In this document: positions 46,735 through 58,294 of the stretch, in pieces
Position numbering within the stretch: the stretch's first letter is position 1
How the letters are laid out: each line of letters opens with the position of its first letter
Origin: an uncultured virus (IMG/VR IMGVR_UViG_3300038520_001826)
Taxonomy: Duplodnaviria; Heunggongvirae; Uroviricota; Caudoviricetes
Strand: one strand, 5' to 3'
Virus record (IMG/VR): IMGVR_UViG_3300038520_001826
Length of the DNA: 64,000 nt
The notes under the pieces: generated by a model
Databases searched by the model: none
What the model was told of the DNA's origin: nothing
The model's input: only the letters and a program-made list of their open reading frames with translations
Position numbers and translations under genes: made by a program

Positions 46735-48379
46735 AGAAATTAAAAAGTTAGCAGGTTCGCTAAATGATTTAAATTCAACACTATCTCTGACTGATACTAA
46801 AACTTTAGGTTTTATACGAAAAGTTGGGAAATTAAGCCTCAACACTTCTAATGCTGGAAAAAGATGGACTACATTTAGTCGTTTAGTTTCTGGAAGTCCT
46901 ATATGGTCTGTTCAGAATAAACTAAGAGCATATGTTGATATTTTTGCTGGTTTAGAAAGTAGAGCAAGAGATAATGCTAAAGCGCAACAAGAATCGAATC
47001 AAAGAATTATTGACCAAGTTCAATCATATAAAGCACTTGAACCCCAATTGCAAAATTTGCAAAAGTTAAAAGACGATTTAGAAGGTGGAACTCCTTTTGC
47101 TGATGCAGAAGCAAGAGAAAACATCGAAGAAGCAGTCAAAGGAACTCTTGCATTTAATAGGGCCCTTTTAGAAGGAAAAACCGAAGCAGACCAATTTGCC
47201 GCAGGTTTAGATGAACTTATTGCTAAAGGACAAAAGCAAACTGAAATATTTACTAAAGCACAGGAAGCAATTCAAGCAAAACTTAAATTTGAAACGCAAG
47301 CGGGTAGAGAACAAATTGAGGATGAAATAGCGTCTAGGAGAACTGCTTTAAAGGAAGCACCTTCTGTTAAAGTAGAAAAAATATTTCAAACCATGACAGA
47401 TAGATTGACTTCGATTAGAAAGTTTGTAACTGCTAATTACACTGTTTCCGAAAGAATCCAAAAAGAAAATAAAAGGCGACAAAAAGTAGATGATAGAAGA
47501 GTTAAGAGAGAAATATTACAACTTAAAATAAGTCAAGGAATGTTTAAAGTCTCACAAATGGTTAAGCCAATGTTAAACATAGTTTTTAAATTCTTAATAT
47601 TTTCTATATTTGCATTCATGGGTATTCTTCTCTTTTTGAAATTTGCTAAAGATGCATTTATGATAATGGAAGAGTTGTTAATACTAGAAGATTTAAGAAA
47701 CATATTTTATACTTCTATTGAGATGATAGGAGCATTCTTTGGATTAGTGGGAGCATTCTTTAGTGGTGATTATGAAGTAGTCATAGATTATTTAATGACA
47801 CTAATTGAAGGTTCATTAAGTATTTTAAAATCTGTTGGTTTGGCTGCATTGAAAATAGCAACAGGGCTTTTAGTTGGTTTCTTTTTCACAATTATCGACA
47901 ATATTGGGATTTTATTCACCCCTAAATTTTGGGAAAGAGCATTACCTATGCTTAAGAAGTTTGGAACAATATTGTTGATTGCTTATTTTGCTAAATATTT
48001 ATTAGCACAAGCAGCACTATTAATAGGAATATATGCTTTACCTGCGTTATTTATTCTTCTCCTTGCTGCATTATTAACAGCATTATTTAGAAAGATTTTT
48101 GATAAATTACCGTTCATGGCTAACGGTGGTGTTTCACAAGGAGGATTAACTGTTGTTGGAGAAAGAGGCCCAGAATTAATTAATTTGCCAGCAGGTTCAA
48201 GAGTTCATTCAAACAGTGATTCAAGAAGAATGGTTTCTAATACTGGAGGAAATACAATCAATATTACCATAAATGCAAGAGATACTACTGATGCAGAATT
48301 AAGACGTATTGCAGATAAGATTGGAAATATGGTAAATAATAAAATTAACAGACGAACTTCGTCAAGAACATTAGGGTGA
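46724..48379 (+). CDS. tape measure protein
   Basis: Helical with hydrophobic stretches; MANGG..VVGERGPEL C-terminal motif. Confidence 0.85.
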   Translation: MADEEIKKLAGSLNDLNSTLSLTDTKTLGFIRKVGKLSLNTSNAGKRWTTFSRLVSGSPIWSVQNKLRAYVDIFAGLESRARDNAKAQQESNQRIIDQVQSYKALEPQLQNLQKLKDDLEGGTPFADAEARENIEEAVKGTLAFNRALLEGKTEADQFAAGLDELIAKGQKQTEIFTKAQEAIQAKLKFETQAGREQIEDEIASRRTALKEAPSVKVEKIFQTMTDRLTSIRKFVTANYTVSERIQKENKRRQKVDDRRVKREILQLKISQGMFKVSQMVKPMLNIVFKFLIFSIFAFMGILLFLKFAKDAFMIMEELLILEDLRNIFYTSIEMIGAFFGLVGAFFSGDYEVVIDYLMTLIEGSLSILKSVGLAALKIATGLLVGFFFTIIDNIGILFTPKFWERALPMLKKFGTILLIAYFAKYLLAQAALLIGIYALPALFILLLAALLTALFRKIFDKLPFMANGGVSQGGLTVVGERGPELINLPAGSRVHSNSDSRRMVSNTGGNTINITINARDTTDAELRRIADKIGNMVNNKINRRTSSRTLG

Positions 48380-48383
48380 TTAA

Positions 48384-49049
48384 ATGACAAGAGAATATTA
48401 CGTTTATTTGAAAACACAAATGTTTGAAGATGGTGAAACAGACATTACAAAGAATACTATACCATTAAGAGTAGTTAGTGCTTCGTTTAGTGTATCTAAA
48501 ACAATTCCTGCATTTCCTGTTCCTTTATCTGGTATTGCAACAGGTGAATCAATTACTGCTGCTTTAGATTTAGGAATGGCTGATAAATCAATTTCTCTTC
48601 AAGGTTTTCTCATTGATACTACAATTACTAAGGATAGAGTGGGTTCTGGAAGAGATGAAGATTTCAGTACTTTAACCTATACTGCTCACGAAGTTGCACA
48701 AATGATTGCATCGGGTGTTGATTCAACAGGATTAGCAAAAAATCAAGCATTTTCAGAACTAGTTATTCTTTATCCTTCATTTGTAGGTAATGACCAAACA
48801 CAACAAAGAGCAGGCGTTGATGTAAATAATATCGATACCGCAGTAAATGTTCCTTTTAACTTTGCTTCGAGGGGTGATAACAATACAAGCGATAACTTAG
48901 GTGTTCCTGCTAAAATTTCTGATTTTCCAGATTCAGCAACAGCAAAAGGCGTAACAGGTTTTATTCGTTCATTTAGTTTTGATTTTTCTGCTGAAACAGT
49001 TGAAGTGAGTTTTAATTTAGATTTCCAAGTTGCATCAATTACTCCTTGA
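48384..49049 (+). CDS. distal tail-like protein
   Basis: Directly after tape measure; beta-rich. Confidence 0.6.
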   Translation: MTREYYVYLKTQMFEDGETDITKNTIPLRVVSASFSVSKTIPAFPVPLSGIATGESITAALDLGMADKSISLQGFLIDTTITKDRVGSGRDEDFSTLTYTAHEVAQMIASGVDSTGLAKNQAFSELVILYPSFVGNDQTQQRAGVDVNNIDTAVNVPFNFASRGDNNTSDNLGVPAKISDFPDSATAKGVTGFIRSFSFDFSAETVEVSFNLDFQVASITP

Positions 49050-49059
49050 GGTGAATTAA

Positions 49060-50193
49060 ATGTATCAAGTATTAGCAGGTAAGAAAAGAAGTTTAGTCTT
49101 TCCTGTTATGTGTAATGGTTTTGTTAAACTAGATTATTCGGATAATGTAGTTGATACAAATAATGATGGAGATACATCCAATGATATTGCTTATGGATTA
49201 TTTGACCATGAAGGTTCATTTACTTTTGAAGCAATTGTTACGCCATATGATATTAACGGTTATGGTCGTCAAAGTGCAAGTGGCACTATTCCTAGTTTTA
49301 CACTAAGTAAAAAAATAATGCCATCGAATAGTCATCAATCCACAACTGCGAATTATCAAAGTGAACTTTATCTTCCCGTTAGTGGTGGAAGATTGACACA
49401 TGAAATGAGAATATTTAGTAATGATAAATTTTCTGTTTCTTTACTTAATGCTACTTCGTTTAATGAGAATCAACCTGCTGAATATAAGATAAGAGTTTCG
49501 ATGGATATTGGGGGAACAACTGAAACCTTTACTACTACAAGTGCAGTTATTACTGCTAATAAGAGTTCTATGTTCAAATGGAGTTCTACCTCCGATACTG
49601 AAGGATTTGACAGTAATGGTCGAAGAACATTTGATTTGCTAGGCTCGACTACCTCGCATAGCGGTGCTGTTATCGGTCTTTCTGGTACAGTAGAAAATCA
49701 GTGCCATGCGAGCCAAGAACTCTTCATTAGGGATGGTTTTACGTTCACGTCTATTGGTACTATTGCTAGCGTAACGGGTACGACGAGCGTTACTCTTAGC
49801 GCTTCATATTCTCCGACCTTGAGTAATGGAACAAAGGTGTTTATTCATTCTAGGAAGGAGGCTTCTTACATTAACAACACCTATCACATTGCTTGCACAT
49901 ACACTCAATCAAGTAATAGAATCAATATTTTCCTAAATGGAATTAATGTTTTAAGCACTAAGCATACTCAATCAGGAACATTTGCTTTTGGTAGAACAGA
50001 TAGTTTTATTGGGGCTAACGGAACAGGTGCAACAGGAACATTATCAGCAATAACAAATAAACAATTTATGGGAGAGATGCATGAAATGTCTATCTTAAAT
50101 ATTCCTAAAACAACGTTTGTAAATAAAGAGAATCTTTTACCAAGCCTTAACAACACATTACTTTATCTTAGATTTGAGGAGATTGATTTATAA
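49060..50193 (+). CDS. tail protein with LamG/concanavalin-like domain
   Basis: SFTFEAIV...YHIACTY...IFLNG...FMGEMHE. Confidence 0.7.
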   Translation: MYQVLAGKKRSLVFPVMCNGFVKLDYSDNVVDTNNDGDTSNDIAYGLFDHEGSFTFEAIVTPYDINGYGRQSASGTIPSFTLSKKIMPSNSHQSTTANYQSELYLPVSGGRLTHEMRIFSNDKFSVSLLNATSFNENQPAEYKIRVSMDIGGTTETFTTTSAVITANKSSMFKWSSTSDTEGFDSNGRRTFDLLGSTTSHSGAVIGLSGTVENQCHASQELFIRDGFTFTSIGTIASVTGTTSVTLSASYSPTLSNGTKVFIHSRKEASYINNTYHIACTYTQSSNRINIFLNGINVLSTKHTQSGTFAFGRTDSFIGANGTGATGTLSAITNKQFMGEMHEMSILNIPKTTFVNKENLLPSLNNTLLYLRFEEIDL

Positions 50194-53100
50194 TGGCAAT
50201 CAAAGTCTTTCAAAAAGGTGAAACTACTTTTAGTAGTGGCAATGGATATAAAACTCCTACTAATCCTCTAATTGAATCGAATACTAGTTTTGGTTCTACG
50301 GATAGGTTATTTACTTTAATTTATCCTGATGATTCTACATCAAGTGAGACTTTTGTAGAAGTAGGAACATCTAGTGAAAATACAGAAAGAAACAATTTGC
50401 AGACTACAAAAGGTTTTAGAATCAAATGTTTTGATAGTATTACTTCAACAGGTGTTCAATTAACAGGTGGTAATTATGATAGTGCTTTTCATTACTTTGT
50501 CTTGATACATTCGGATGACCACCTAAAGCATCATTTTGCGAGAGTAACAGACATTATTACAGAAGATGTCGTTGGAGATGCCTTTGAATTTACACCAGCA
50601 TTAGGTAAAGAAATACCTAAAGATACAAAGTTTATGTTATTTAAAGGCCCAGCATTGACTACTACTGCAATTGCTTTTTCAGCAGGGATTAAGCAAGACC
50701 TAAAAGCCTCCCTAGTTGTTTCATCTCCATTATTTCATCTGCTAGAATCTTCTTTAAATAAGAAGAATGAATTAGACCACAATACAAAATACTTTGTTAG
50801 ACTAAACAAAACAGATAGTGGGGGTACGACAACACTAGATACTAATTCAGAAGAATATACATTTGTTACAGAGCAAGAGTTTTCAAATAAAATTTTAGAT
50901 TATAGCAAATATTCAATGCAATTGACTTTAGTTGATAAGTTAAAGGATTTAGATAATCCAAGCACACACACTTCTAATGAAGGTAATACTATCAACAGTT
51001 TAGACTATACTGATTATGACGATGCTTTTCCTAATGCTAGAAGAGATAATGATGATTTAATAAATCCAACTTCTCAAATTGTTAATGAAGGCCCTATTAG
51101 ATATTTACATTATGATTTTTCTCCAACAAAAGTCAATGTATTAGATAACGTAATTGATAATAAATTAGAACAGTCTATTGGAAATCGTGGAGGATTCTGT
51201 GAAACTAAAATTATGAATCCTAGTAGAATGCTTACAAGCAAAATTACTGAGTTCGATAAGTATAGAGTCAGACATAGAGTATTTACAGGAGATTTGAATG
51301 AATTCGTTGATATGAAAATTACATTAGGTTCTCTTATTACAACCTTTAGCGATGCTAGATATAACTTAATAACTGATTATTCTGATGCAACTAATTTTAT
51401 TAATGTAGGAGATGAGATTAGGATTGGTAATAGAATTTTAATATGTGCGATTATTACATCTTCTGTAATTAAGTTTGAAGAATACAGTAGATTAGAAACA
51501 GAATCCTCTTTTACTAATTCAACTAGTTTAACCTCCTTAACAGGAACATTGCAAAGAAGGGCTTATAATTACCAAGATAATACAATTCTAACTTCATTCA
51601 ATCTACTTGCAGGTAGGAGTTCGGAATTATATGTAAAAACTATGTCAAAAGATATGGAATTTATTGAATCGTCTGTAACTGCTGTTGATGCTACTCATGG
51701 ACTAATTACACTAAGTTCTAATTCTCAAAGTTATTCTTCTGATTCTTCGCTTAGATATTCTTTAGGTTCTTATCATATAGAAGTAGAGAGGTTTTCTGGA
51801 ACAATTGAAAAGGTTGATTCATATAAAGAAGATTCGCAGAACTATGTAGAACTTTCTGGAAGAAGCGATATTAGTAAATTATTTGGGCCAATTATTAATA
51901 AAGATACTGCATTTTCAGAAGATATTATTTATTCTACTTTGAGTCCATATAATACTTTATCACAGATTGATTCAACTAATTTTACATTAGCGTTGGGAGC
52001 CACCTCCTTGGCAACAGGAGTCAATGCTGCTGATTTTGACATATTACCAGTAGTAGGCAATAGGTTATTTACCGTTAATGGCTTTATAGGCGAAGTAAAT
52101 ACTGTTAGTGCTGGCGACCCTAAAACAATCACATTGGTTTCGGGTGCTTTGACAAAAGTTCATTCTGAAAAGATATATGTAGAAACAGATAAAAACTATA
52201 TGTTTAATAAAGCATTAAGTTCATCTCATCTAGCATCAGTTAATCCAACATCATTAAGTGGTTCTGCGGGTAAAGGAGTTTTCTTTACAAGCGGTAAAGA
52301 AATTACAATGTCTGATGGTTCAGAAGGAAATGATTTAGTCGGGAGTAGTATCAATACAAACCCGAAAGCAATTGGCTATCATATTAACAGTCCAGTATCA
52401 ATTAAAAATGATAATGCTTTTCAAGCAAAGTTTGTAGATGAAATAGGAAGCGAATCAAATTCTTCATTTGATACTGTTAATACTTTAATTGATTTTGAAA
52501 TAGTTAGTTTAGAAAAGAAAGAAAACGAATCAACTATTGTTTTAGCCCCCTATCTTCCTATTACTTTAGGAAGAAAACTACCTAATTATGGAAATGCATC
52601 CTCTTATACTTTAACAGAAGAAGCAACAATACAAAATACTGATTTGGGTTCTGGAAATACACTAAATACTTTTATTCCCAGTGCAATAGAAACTGTTACT
52701 GATGGTATTAAGGACTTTGATTATGGAGATGCAGTATTCATCGGTGCTGATTCGAATTCTGCTCGGTTTGCTGGATTTATCAACGAATTTATTTTCGTTA
52801 CTGGGCAACCTAATTATGGGCCAGCAATCATCTTAGATAGAAATGTCACTCCCGTTACTGGAGAAAAAGTATTTTCAGTGGTTAAAGATACTCATGATTT
52901 ATTTTTCGTTAATGGAAAGCATCTTTGGGGAGGTAAAATTCTAACAATGCCTCATCCAAAGATTACTTCAAGTGGTGCAGTTCCAGTAAATTTTAAAAAT
53001 ATATATTCTTCAAACACTGATATTGCGAAAAAATATGGACAAATGTACTATAAACTATTAAGTGTTTCTGATGGAGAATTTAACGTGCTTAATTCTAAAT

Positions 53101-56100
53101 CCACTATCTTTTCTGATTCTCAGAATAAAACCTATGAAAATGCTTCTAAATTAAAACACCATGCAGTATCTTATAAATTCTCTCCTAAAACTTCTAGTGA
53201 TAATACTAACGAATATGATAAAACTGGTACTGGTGACGATATTCAAATGGATTTAGATATGAGGGGAATTGATTCTACCTATGGTAGTAATTTCTCTGAA
53301 AGAAATATAAGACTTCAAAGAACTTTATTGCAGAATAAATACCCAAATGATTTTAGCACTTCAAATCTAACAAAGGTTGAAGAATTAAAAAGTGATTTAG
53401 ACCAAAAAGACACTTCTGCTGCTAATCTTTTCTTTTATATTAATAGTGATATTCTTCCATATTCTTCTCTAAGAAAAGATAGTTTAATGAATTCAAGTAA
53501 AGTATTAAATAATTATAACTTATTACTTATCGAAAACAAAAAAGCATCTGATGAAGAATTAGAATACACAGAAACTAGTACTGGAAAAGTTAAAAACTTA
53601 AATGATAATTCATTCCAAACACTAACTTTAAACTCCAATAAAGATATTAGTTCGCTTAAAAGGTTTGGCATAATGAGATTAACCGAATTATGCTTTGATT
53701 CTCAGTTTAATGCATTTAACCCAGAAAAACCAACCATTGATGATAAAAATCACTTAAGAGTTGCAGACTTTGATGCATATAGATTTACTGACACTTCTAA
53801 TACAATTGATGTCGCTCAAAGCATTATCGCTGGTAATGATAAAATAGTTTTACAGTCTTCTGTTGGTAGTACGCCTACAAACGGAGAAGTGTACTATGAT
53901 TCAAACTATAGATTAATAGGTATTGTAAGTTCATATAATTCTTCTACTAGAACAATTACATTTAGTACTAATACTGTAAGAAACTCAGAAAATAGTTTTA
54001 CTGCTGGAACTTTATATAAACAAAATGCTAAAATAGATGTTAATATCAAAGGAGCAAAAGACTCCAATACCTTTATAACTTTAGATAGAGCGCATTTACA
54101 AAAAGGTGCATTAGTTACTGAAAATTATGCAAGTCATGGAAGTGATTTTTGGGCACAAAATGCAAATAATCACAGCCAAGTTTTAAGTTTTTCCAGCACA
54201 GATAGAGTAGTTTTACCCCTTAGATTTCAACATTCAAATTCATCAGTTATCGCTACTACACCTTATCCCCAAGTTCCAAGTAGAGTATTTAGATATATGC
54301 TTGAATCAGCAGGAAATATTTTTGACCAATGTAAAGCAGTTGTTTTAGATACTTATACAATAGAACAGGGTGGATTAGTAGATGTTGAAAATGGATTAGC
54401 AATCCCATCAATAGGTATAAATTTAGAGCAATTCAATGATGTTACTAGTGAAAATACTATTTTATTTACTTTAGAAAACAATCAACGAACTTTTGGACTA
54501 GAATACCCGCAAGACTATGGGGTTTCAACAACAACAGGATTACAGGTAGTTGGTTCTGGAGGAAACACTATGGAAGTAATGGGAGCAAAATTAGGTTTTT
54601 GTCCAAGGTTACATTATGTTGCTGCTGACCATGATACTGCTACTACTGTAAATTCATCAAATGGGACATTACATTCAGTTGGATTAAATGCAATTACCAC
54701 TGGTCACGGTTGGTTAGATTTTGTTGATTTAACTGGATGTTATTTGGTTTCGGAAAGCGGGTTTGATACTGATTTAAAATCAACATCAACAACTGGAGGA
54801 AGCGATGCCACTGATATGAGAAGATTAGATAATGTTATTCCAGAAGATATTATTTATATTCTTTCTCACGAAATAAATAATAGTGGCACTGTCAAACATA
54901 ATTTGACCACTGATAAGGCATTGACTAATAATAGAGCATATAGAATAATGAAACCTAATGAAATTGCCTTTCATGAAAACTCACCGAAAAAAATCTCTTT
55001 AAATATGCTATCAGGAAAATATACTAAGCAATCAAATTCAGATGAAATGTATTCTCCCTCCCAAGATTTTGCTATTAAAGAAGGGTCAAGACAGAAATCT
55101 GATTCAGGACTAGGACCAATTCAAGAGGCTATTCTTTCAATGTATGTTGCTGTGGATTTAGATAAACAAAGTAGCAGTGAAGATTATATTGTAATGAGAA
55201 AGGCAAAGAACTTTATTGACATTTTGCCTGAAGGAAATCATTCATTATATATGAGCGATGGAGAAAATAATCAACTTACTTCCATAGTTGTCAATGAAAA
55301 TACGGACTTTACAACTGAAAAACAAATTATACTTACTTTTGGCGAAATTAAGGAAATGCATGGCGTTGTTAGCGTTTCTGAAACATTTTCTGTTACTTCT
55401 AATAATACAATAGAAATATCACCAGATAGAGCCTGTATTGGAACAACCGTTACAATTGCAAATGAAACAGAAGAACTTATCAATGAACTCATGGAGGAAA
55501 ATGACATAGTATTTGATTTAGAAACTCAAGATTATCCATTATACTTAGCACCTAATTATCAAGGAGTTGATTTATTTTCAGCAATTAACTTCTTACTTGA
55601 GCGAAAAGATTTAACCCTTTTTGAAGAAAATGGCACATTTAAAATCAAAGATAGATTGGCAAATGATTTCTTTAAAGGCATTGTTCTTAATGAAACTGGA
55701 GAGTATCAGATATTTGATTTTGAAGAATCAAAGAATATGTTTAATTTCTATAATCAAATTACGGTCTATGGAAGAAACCATAAAAAGATTAGAAAAGATA
55801 TTAGAAGCATCAATGATGTCGGTTTGAAAGCATTTGAAGTATTTAATACGGAACTTACGACACAAGAAGATGTAAATAAGGAAGCATCAGCATTACTTAA
55901 ATTACATTCCTCATCAAACAAAAAACTAAAAATTACTGTCGGACATTCTAAGATTTCACAAATAAAGGTAGGAGATATAATCAATGTTGAAATACCTAGA
56001 GAAAATATTCCGCTTTCTCAATTTATGGTATTACAAATAGAATATTTACTTACTGGATTAATGGTATTAGAACTAGGAAAGTATAGTAAGGGATTGGAAG

Positions 56101-56360
56101 ATAGATTTGCTGATTTGATTATACAGAATAAAAGGATTAATTCTCAATTGAGAAACGAATCTTTTAAAGAATCAGAAAGTTTAGACTTCTTGGAAGAACT
56201 AAAAATTAATCAAATAAGACTATTCGCTAGAAAGAGAACATCTTCGGGAACGTTCAAGTTAGGTTTTGGAACAGCATTAAATACGGGAACAAATACGCTT
56301 GGTCATGGGGTCGGCACAGGCATTACATTCACTACTTTGATAGATGAGGAATTAATATGA
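50193..56360 (+). CDS. large tail tip / hub / receptor-binding protein
   Basis: 2055 aa, S/T/N-rich; C-terminal NQITVYG...IKVGDIINV hub-like motifs. Confidence 0.75.
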   Translation: MAIKVFQKGETTFSSGNGYKTPTNPLIESNTSFGSTDRLFTLIYPDDSTSSETFVEVGTSSENTERNNLQTTKGFRIKCFDSITSTGVQLTGGNYDSAFHYFVLIHSDDHLKHHFARVTDIITEDVVGDAFEFTPALGKEIPKDTKFMLFKGPALTTTAIAFSAGIKQDLKASLVVSSPLFHLLESSLNKKNELDHNTKYFVRLNKTDSGGTTTLDTNSEEYTFVTEQEFSNKILDYSKYSMQLTLVDKLKDLDNPSTHTSNEGNTINSLDYTDYDDAFPNARRDNDDLINPTSQIVNEGPIRYLHYDFSPTKVNVLDNVIDNKLEQSIGNRGGFCETKIMNPSRMLTSKITEFDKYRVRHRVFTGDLNEFVDMKITLGSLITTFSDARYNLITDYSDATNFINVGDEIRIGNRILICAIITSSVIKFEEYSRLETESSFTNSTSLTSLTGTLQRRAYNYQDNTILTSFNLLAGRSSELYVKTMSKDMEFIESSVTAVDATHGLITLSSNSQSYSSDSSLRYSLGSYHIEVERFSGTIEKVDSYKEDSQNYVELSGRSDISKLFGPIINKDTAFSEDIIYSTLSPYNTLSQIDSTNFTLALGATSLATGVNAADFDILPVVGNRLFTVNGFIGEVNTVSAGDPKTITLVSGALTKVHSEKIYVETDKNYMFNKALSSSHLASVNPTSLSGSAGKGVFFTSGKEITMSDGSEGNDLVGSSINTNPKAIGYHINSPVSIKNDNAFQAKFVDEIGSESNSSFDTVNTLIDFEIVSLEKKENESTIVLAPYLPITLGRKLPNYGNASSYTLTEEATIQNTDLGSGNTLNTFIPSAIETVTDGIKDFDYGDAVFIGADSNSARFAGFINEFIFVTGQPNYGPAIILDRNVTPVTGEKVFSVVKDTHDLFFVNGKHLWGGKILTMPHPKITSSGAVPVNFKNIYSSNTDIAKKYGQMYYKLLSVSDGEFNVLNSKSTIFSDSQNKTYENASKLKHHAVSYKFSPKTSSDNTNEYDKTGTGDDIQMDLDMRGIDSTYGSNFSERNIRLQRTLLQNKYPNDFSTSNLTKVEELKSDLDQKDTSAANLFFYINSDILPYSSLRKDSLMNSSKVLNNYNLLLIENKKASDEELEYTETSTGKVKNLNDNSFQTLTLNSNKDISSLKRFGIMRLTELCFDSQFNAFNPEKPTIDDKNHLRVADFDAYRFTDTSNTIDVAQSIIAGNDKIVLQSSVGSTPTNGEVYYDSNYRLIGIVSSYNSSTRTITFSTNTVRNSENSFTAGTLYKQNAKIDVNIKGAKDSNTFITLDRAHLQKGALVTENYASHGSDFWAQNANNHSQVLSFSSTDRVVLPLRFQHSNSSVIATTPYPQVPSRVFRYMLESAGNIFDQCKAVVLDTYTIEQGGLVDVENGLAIPSIGINLEQFNDVTSENTILFTLENNQRTFGLEYPQDYGVSTTTGLQVVGSGGNTMEVMGAKLGFCPRLHYVAADHDTATTVNSSNGTLHSVGLNAITTGHGWLDFVDLTGCYLVSESGFDTDLKSTSTTGGSDATDMRRLDNVIPEDIIYILSHEINNSGTVKHNLTTDKALTNNRAYRIMKPNEIAFHENSPKKISLNMLSGKYTKQSNSDEMYSPSQDFAIKEGSRQKSDSGLGPIQEAILSMYVAVDLDKQSSSEDYIVMRKAKNFIDILPEGNHSLYMSDGENNQLTSIVVNENTDFTTEKQIILTFGEIKEMHGVVSVSETFSVTSNNTIEISPDRACIGTTVTIANETEELINELMEENDIVFDLETQDYPLYLAPNYQGVDLFSAINFLLERKDLTLFEENGTFKIKDRLANDFFKGIVLNETGEYQIFDFEESKNMFNFYNQITVYGRNHKKIRKDIRSINDVGLKAFEVFNTELTTQEDVNKEASALLKLHSSSNKKLKITVGHSKISQIKVGDIINVEIPRENIPLSQFMVLQIEYLLTGLMVLELGKYSKGLEDRFADLIIQNKRINSQLRNESFKESESLDFLEELKINQIRLFARKRTSSGTFKLGFGTALNTGTNTLGHGVGTGITFTTLIDEELI

Positions 56361-56707
56361 TTACAGACAAATTGAAAGAATTAGTAACAACATATATACG
56401 AGGAACTGCCATAGATAATGGTAAAATAGGACAAGGTGGTAATTCAACAAGTCCAGCCGCTACAACCTTAGATGTTCCTTTATCTACTGCAACTTCTACA
56501 TTTGCCGCAGTTAAATCTGATACAAATGTAATTGAAGTCCAAGCAATTTTTCAAGGGGCTACTTCTTCTATGACAGGTAAAGTAATTAGAGAGTTCGGTA
56601 TTTTTGATTCTAGTTCTAATCTTCTAGCAAGGGTTAATTTCGATGGAGTCGGCCCTTTTTCTTCAACAGAAGATTTAGAACTATTTTTAACAATAGAGGT
56701 GGAATGA
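56357..56707 (+). CDS. tail structural protein
   Basis: IREFGIFD...LLARV motif typical of tail fibre/baseplate N-terminal domains. Confidence 0.65.
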   Translation: MITDKLKELVTTYIRGTAIDNGKIGQGGNSTSPAATTLDVPLSTATSTFAAVKSDTNVIEVQAIFQGATSSMTGKVIREFGIFDSSSNLLARVNFDGVGPFSSTEDLELFLTIEVE

Positions 56708-56708
56708 T

Positions 56709-58016
56709 ATGGCAGACGAAAACCCGCACCAATTTAGCACACAAACGACAGGCGTAACTTTTGCACAAATAACTGATGATACTGATTTTCCTCATACTGG
56801 TTTAATAAAATCATTAAGTCTTATGGCTAAAGGAAACATGGCTGTAAAAGGTTCAGCAACTGATTTTGATATTACCCAAGCAAGTTCTGGAAATGTTATT
56901 CAAGTCGCAGCAGGTAGAATATTTAAAGATAATAAATTGACTGCTCAAGTAAGTGCCGCAAACTTTACCTCTAGCGCATTTGATACTTCAACGGGAGGTA
57001 ATAGTTATTATCATTTACTTGTTGTTGATGCTTCAAATGTTTTACAAGTTAGAAAGCATGGTAGTTCTACTGCAAACAAAGTTCCAGAATATACAGAAGG
57101 AGATACTATTATTGCATTAATTATGTTTAATTCATCTACTGCTGCTTTAGGAAGTATGCAGATTCAATTCCTAACAACAGGTAAAACTGAAAATAGTTTA
57201 AGTGTAGGTAGGAATGATTCTGGTTATACTGAAAGTCTTTCTATTGCTAGCAATGCAGGTGATGTAGAAATAGAAGCAATAGAACAAGATAAAGATATTA
57301 TTTTTCAAGTAAATGATGGAGGTTCTGCGGGAACAGAAGTAATGAGAATTGATGGTTCTACTTCTCAAATAAGAGTAGGGGTTTGTAGTGCTAGTGCAAC
57401 AGATGGCCCTGACGCAAAATTAGACATTAGAGGTTCAAATGACAATACAGTATCAGTGAGGGCTTCAGGAACATTATCTGTTGAAAACTCGGCTGAAGCA
57501 ACATCTCCTTCAAGTAGAGCATATGCGTTTTTATCGGTAGATAATGGAGATGCAATGGTTGGTGGAAATATAAGATTAGATGATTCTGTTAGTGGAGGAA
57601 CACATGATGGTTATGCTTCTGGAACAAATTTAAGAGGTGGTGCTGGAATTGTTTTTACTAACACCAGTTCAAGCGATGATGGCGTAATTAAGTTTGTTAG
57701 ACAAAATGATAGTAATGATGATACTTGGACTGTTAAAGAAAGCGCACAAATTGATAATGCGGGTAATTTAATAGCCAACAATAATTTAAGAATAGGAGGT
57801 GCTTTAGACCACGAAGGTTCAACTGTAGGTTTTTATAACACTACACCCGCTACTCAGCAATCTGTTGGTAATTTAACTCCTACTGCCGTTACGCCTGATG
57901 CTCCTGCAAATCCTACTGCGGCAGACCATACTACTACTGCCGCAGCCATTACTGCACTTGAAACCAAATTGAATGCTCTTATTGATGCTTTACAGTTAAT
58001 TGGTATAATTACGTGA
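56709..58016 (+). CDS. tail fibre/spike protein
   Basis: G/S/T-rich beta repeats, C-terminal coiled coil. Confidence 0.7.
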   Translation: MADENPHQFSTQTTGVTFAQITDDTDFPHTGLIKSLSLMAKGNMAVKGSATDFDITQASSGNVIQVAAGRIFKDNKLTAQVSAANFTSSAFDTSTGGNSYYHLLVVDASNVLQVRKHGSSTANKVPEYTEGDTIIALIMFNSSTAALGSMQIQFLTTGKTENSLSVGRNDSGYTESLSIASNAGDVEIEAIEQDKDIIFQVNDGGSAGTEVMRIDGSTSQIRVGVCSASATDGPDAKLDIRGSNDNTVSVRASGTLSVENSAEATSPSSRAYAFLSVDNGDAMVGGNIRLDDSVSGGTHDGYASGTNLRGGAGIVFTNTSSSDDGVIKFVRQNDSNDDTWTVKESAQIDNAGNLIANNNLRIGGALDHEGSTVGFYNTTPATQQSVGNLTPTAVTPDAPANPTAADHTTTAAAITALETKLNALIDALQLIGIIT

Positions 58017-58020
58017 TTAT

Positions 58021-58101
58021 ATGGAATTAATCGTATTGGCTATTATAGCCTTTATCTGTGGCTTTCTTGCAACATGGTTGGCAACCCTAGACGACATATA
58101 A
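58021..58101 (+). CDS. 26-aa single-TM peptide, not in ORF track
   Basis: MELIVLAIIAFICGFLATWLATLDDI. Confidence 0.45.
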   Translation: MELIVLAIIAFICGFLATWLATLDDI

Positions 58102-58107
58102 AAATCC

Positions 58108-58150
58108 AAAAAAAAAACGGGGCGAGGCAACCCTAAAGTTACCTCGCCCC
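58108..58150 (-). terminator. hairpin/T-tract terminator at the convergence of the two modules
   Basis: GGGGCGAGG/CCTCGCCCC stem; A10 on + (T10 on -). Confidence 0.7.
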
Positions 58151-58294
58151 TTAATGCGTCTTTACTGACCAAATCTTGTAACAAGACCTACATTCCCAAA
58201 GTTTAACTTGTTCAGTCGAACCTACATAAAATCCGACTAAACGCTTCGCTAAAGTGTTTTCACCACAATAACGACAAGTTTGTTTTAAACTCAT
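58151..58294 (-). CDS. 47-aa Zn-ribbon protein, not in ORF track
   Basis: CRYCG...WECRSC. Confidence 0.7.
   Translation of the reverse strand: MSLKQTCRYCGENTLAKRLVGFYVGSTEQVKLWECRSCYKIWSVKTH

Noticed and set aside
11324..55984. Numerous minus-strand ORFs opposite the structural genes (e.g. 15131, 17865, 28757, 34256, 41042)
   Set aside because: They are antisense shadows of K/E-rich genes, with S/F/L-rich composition and no RBS
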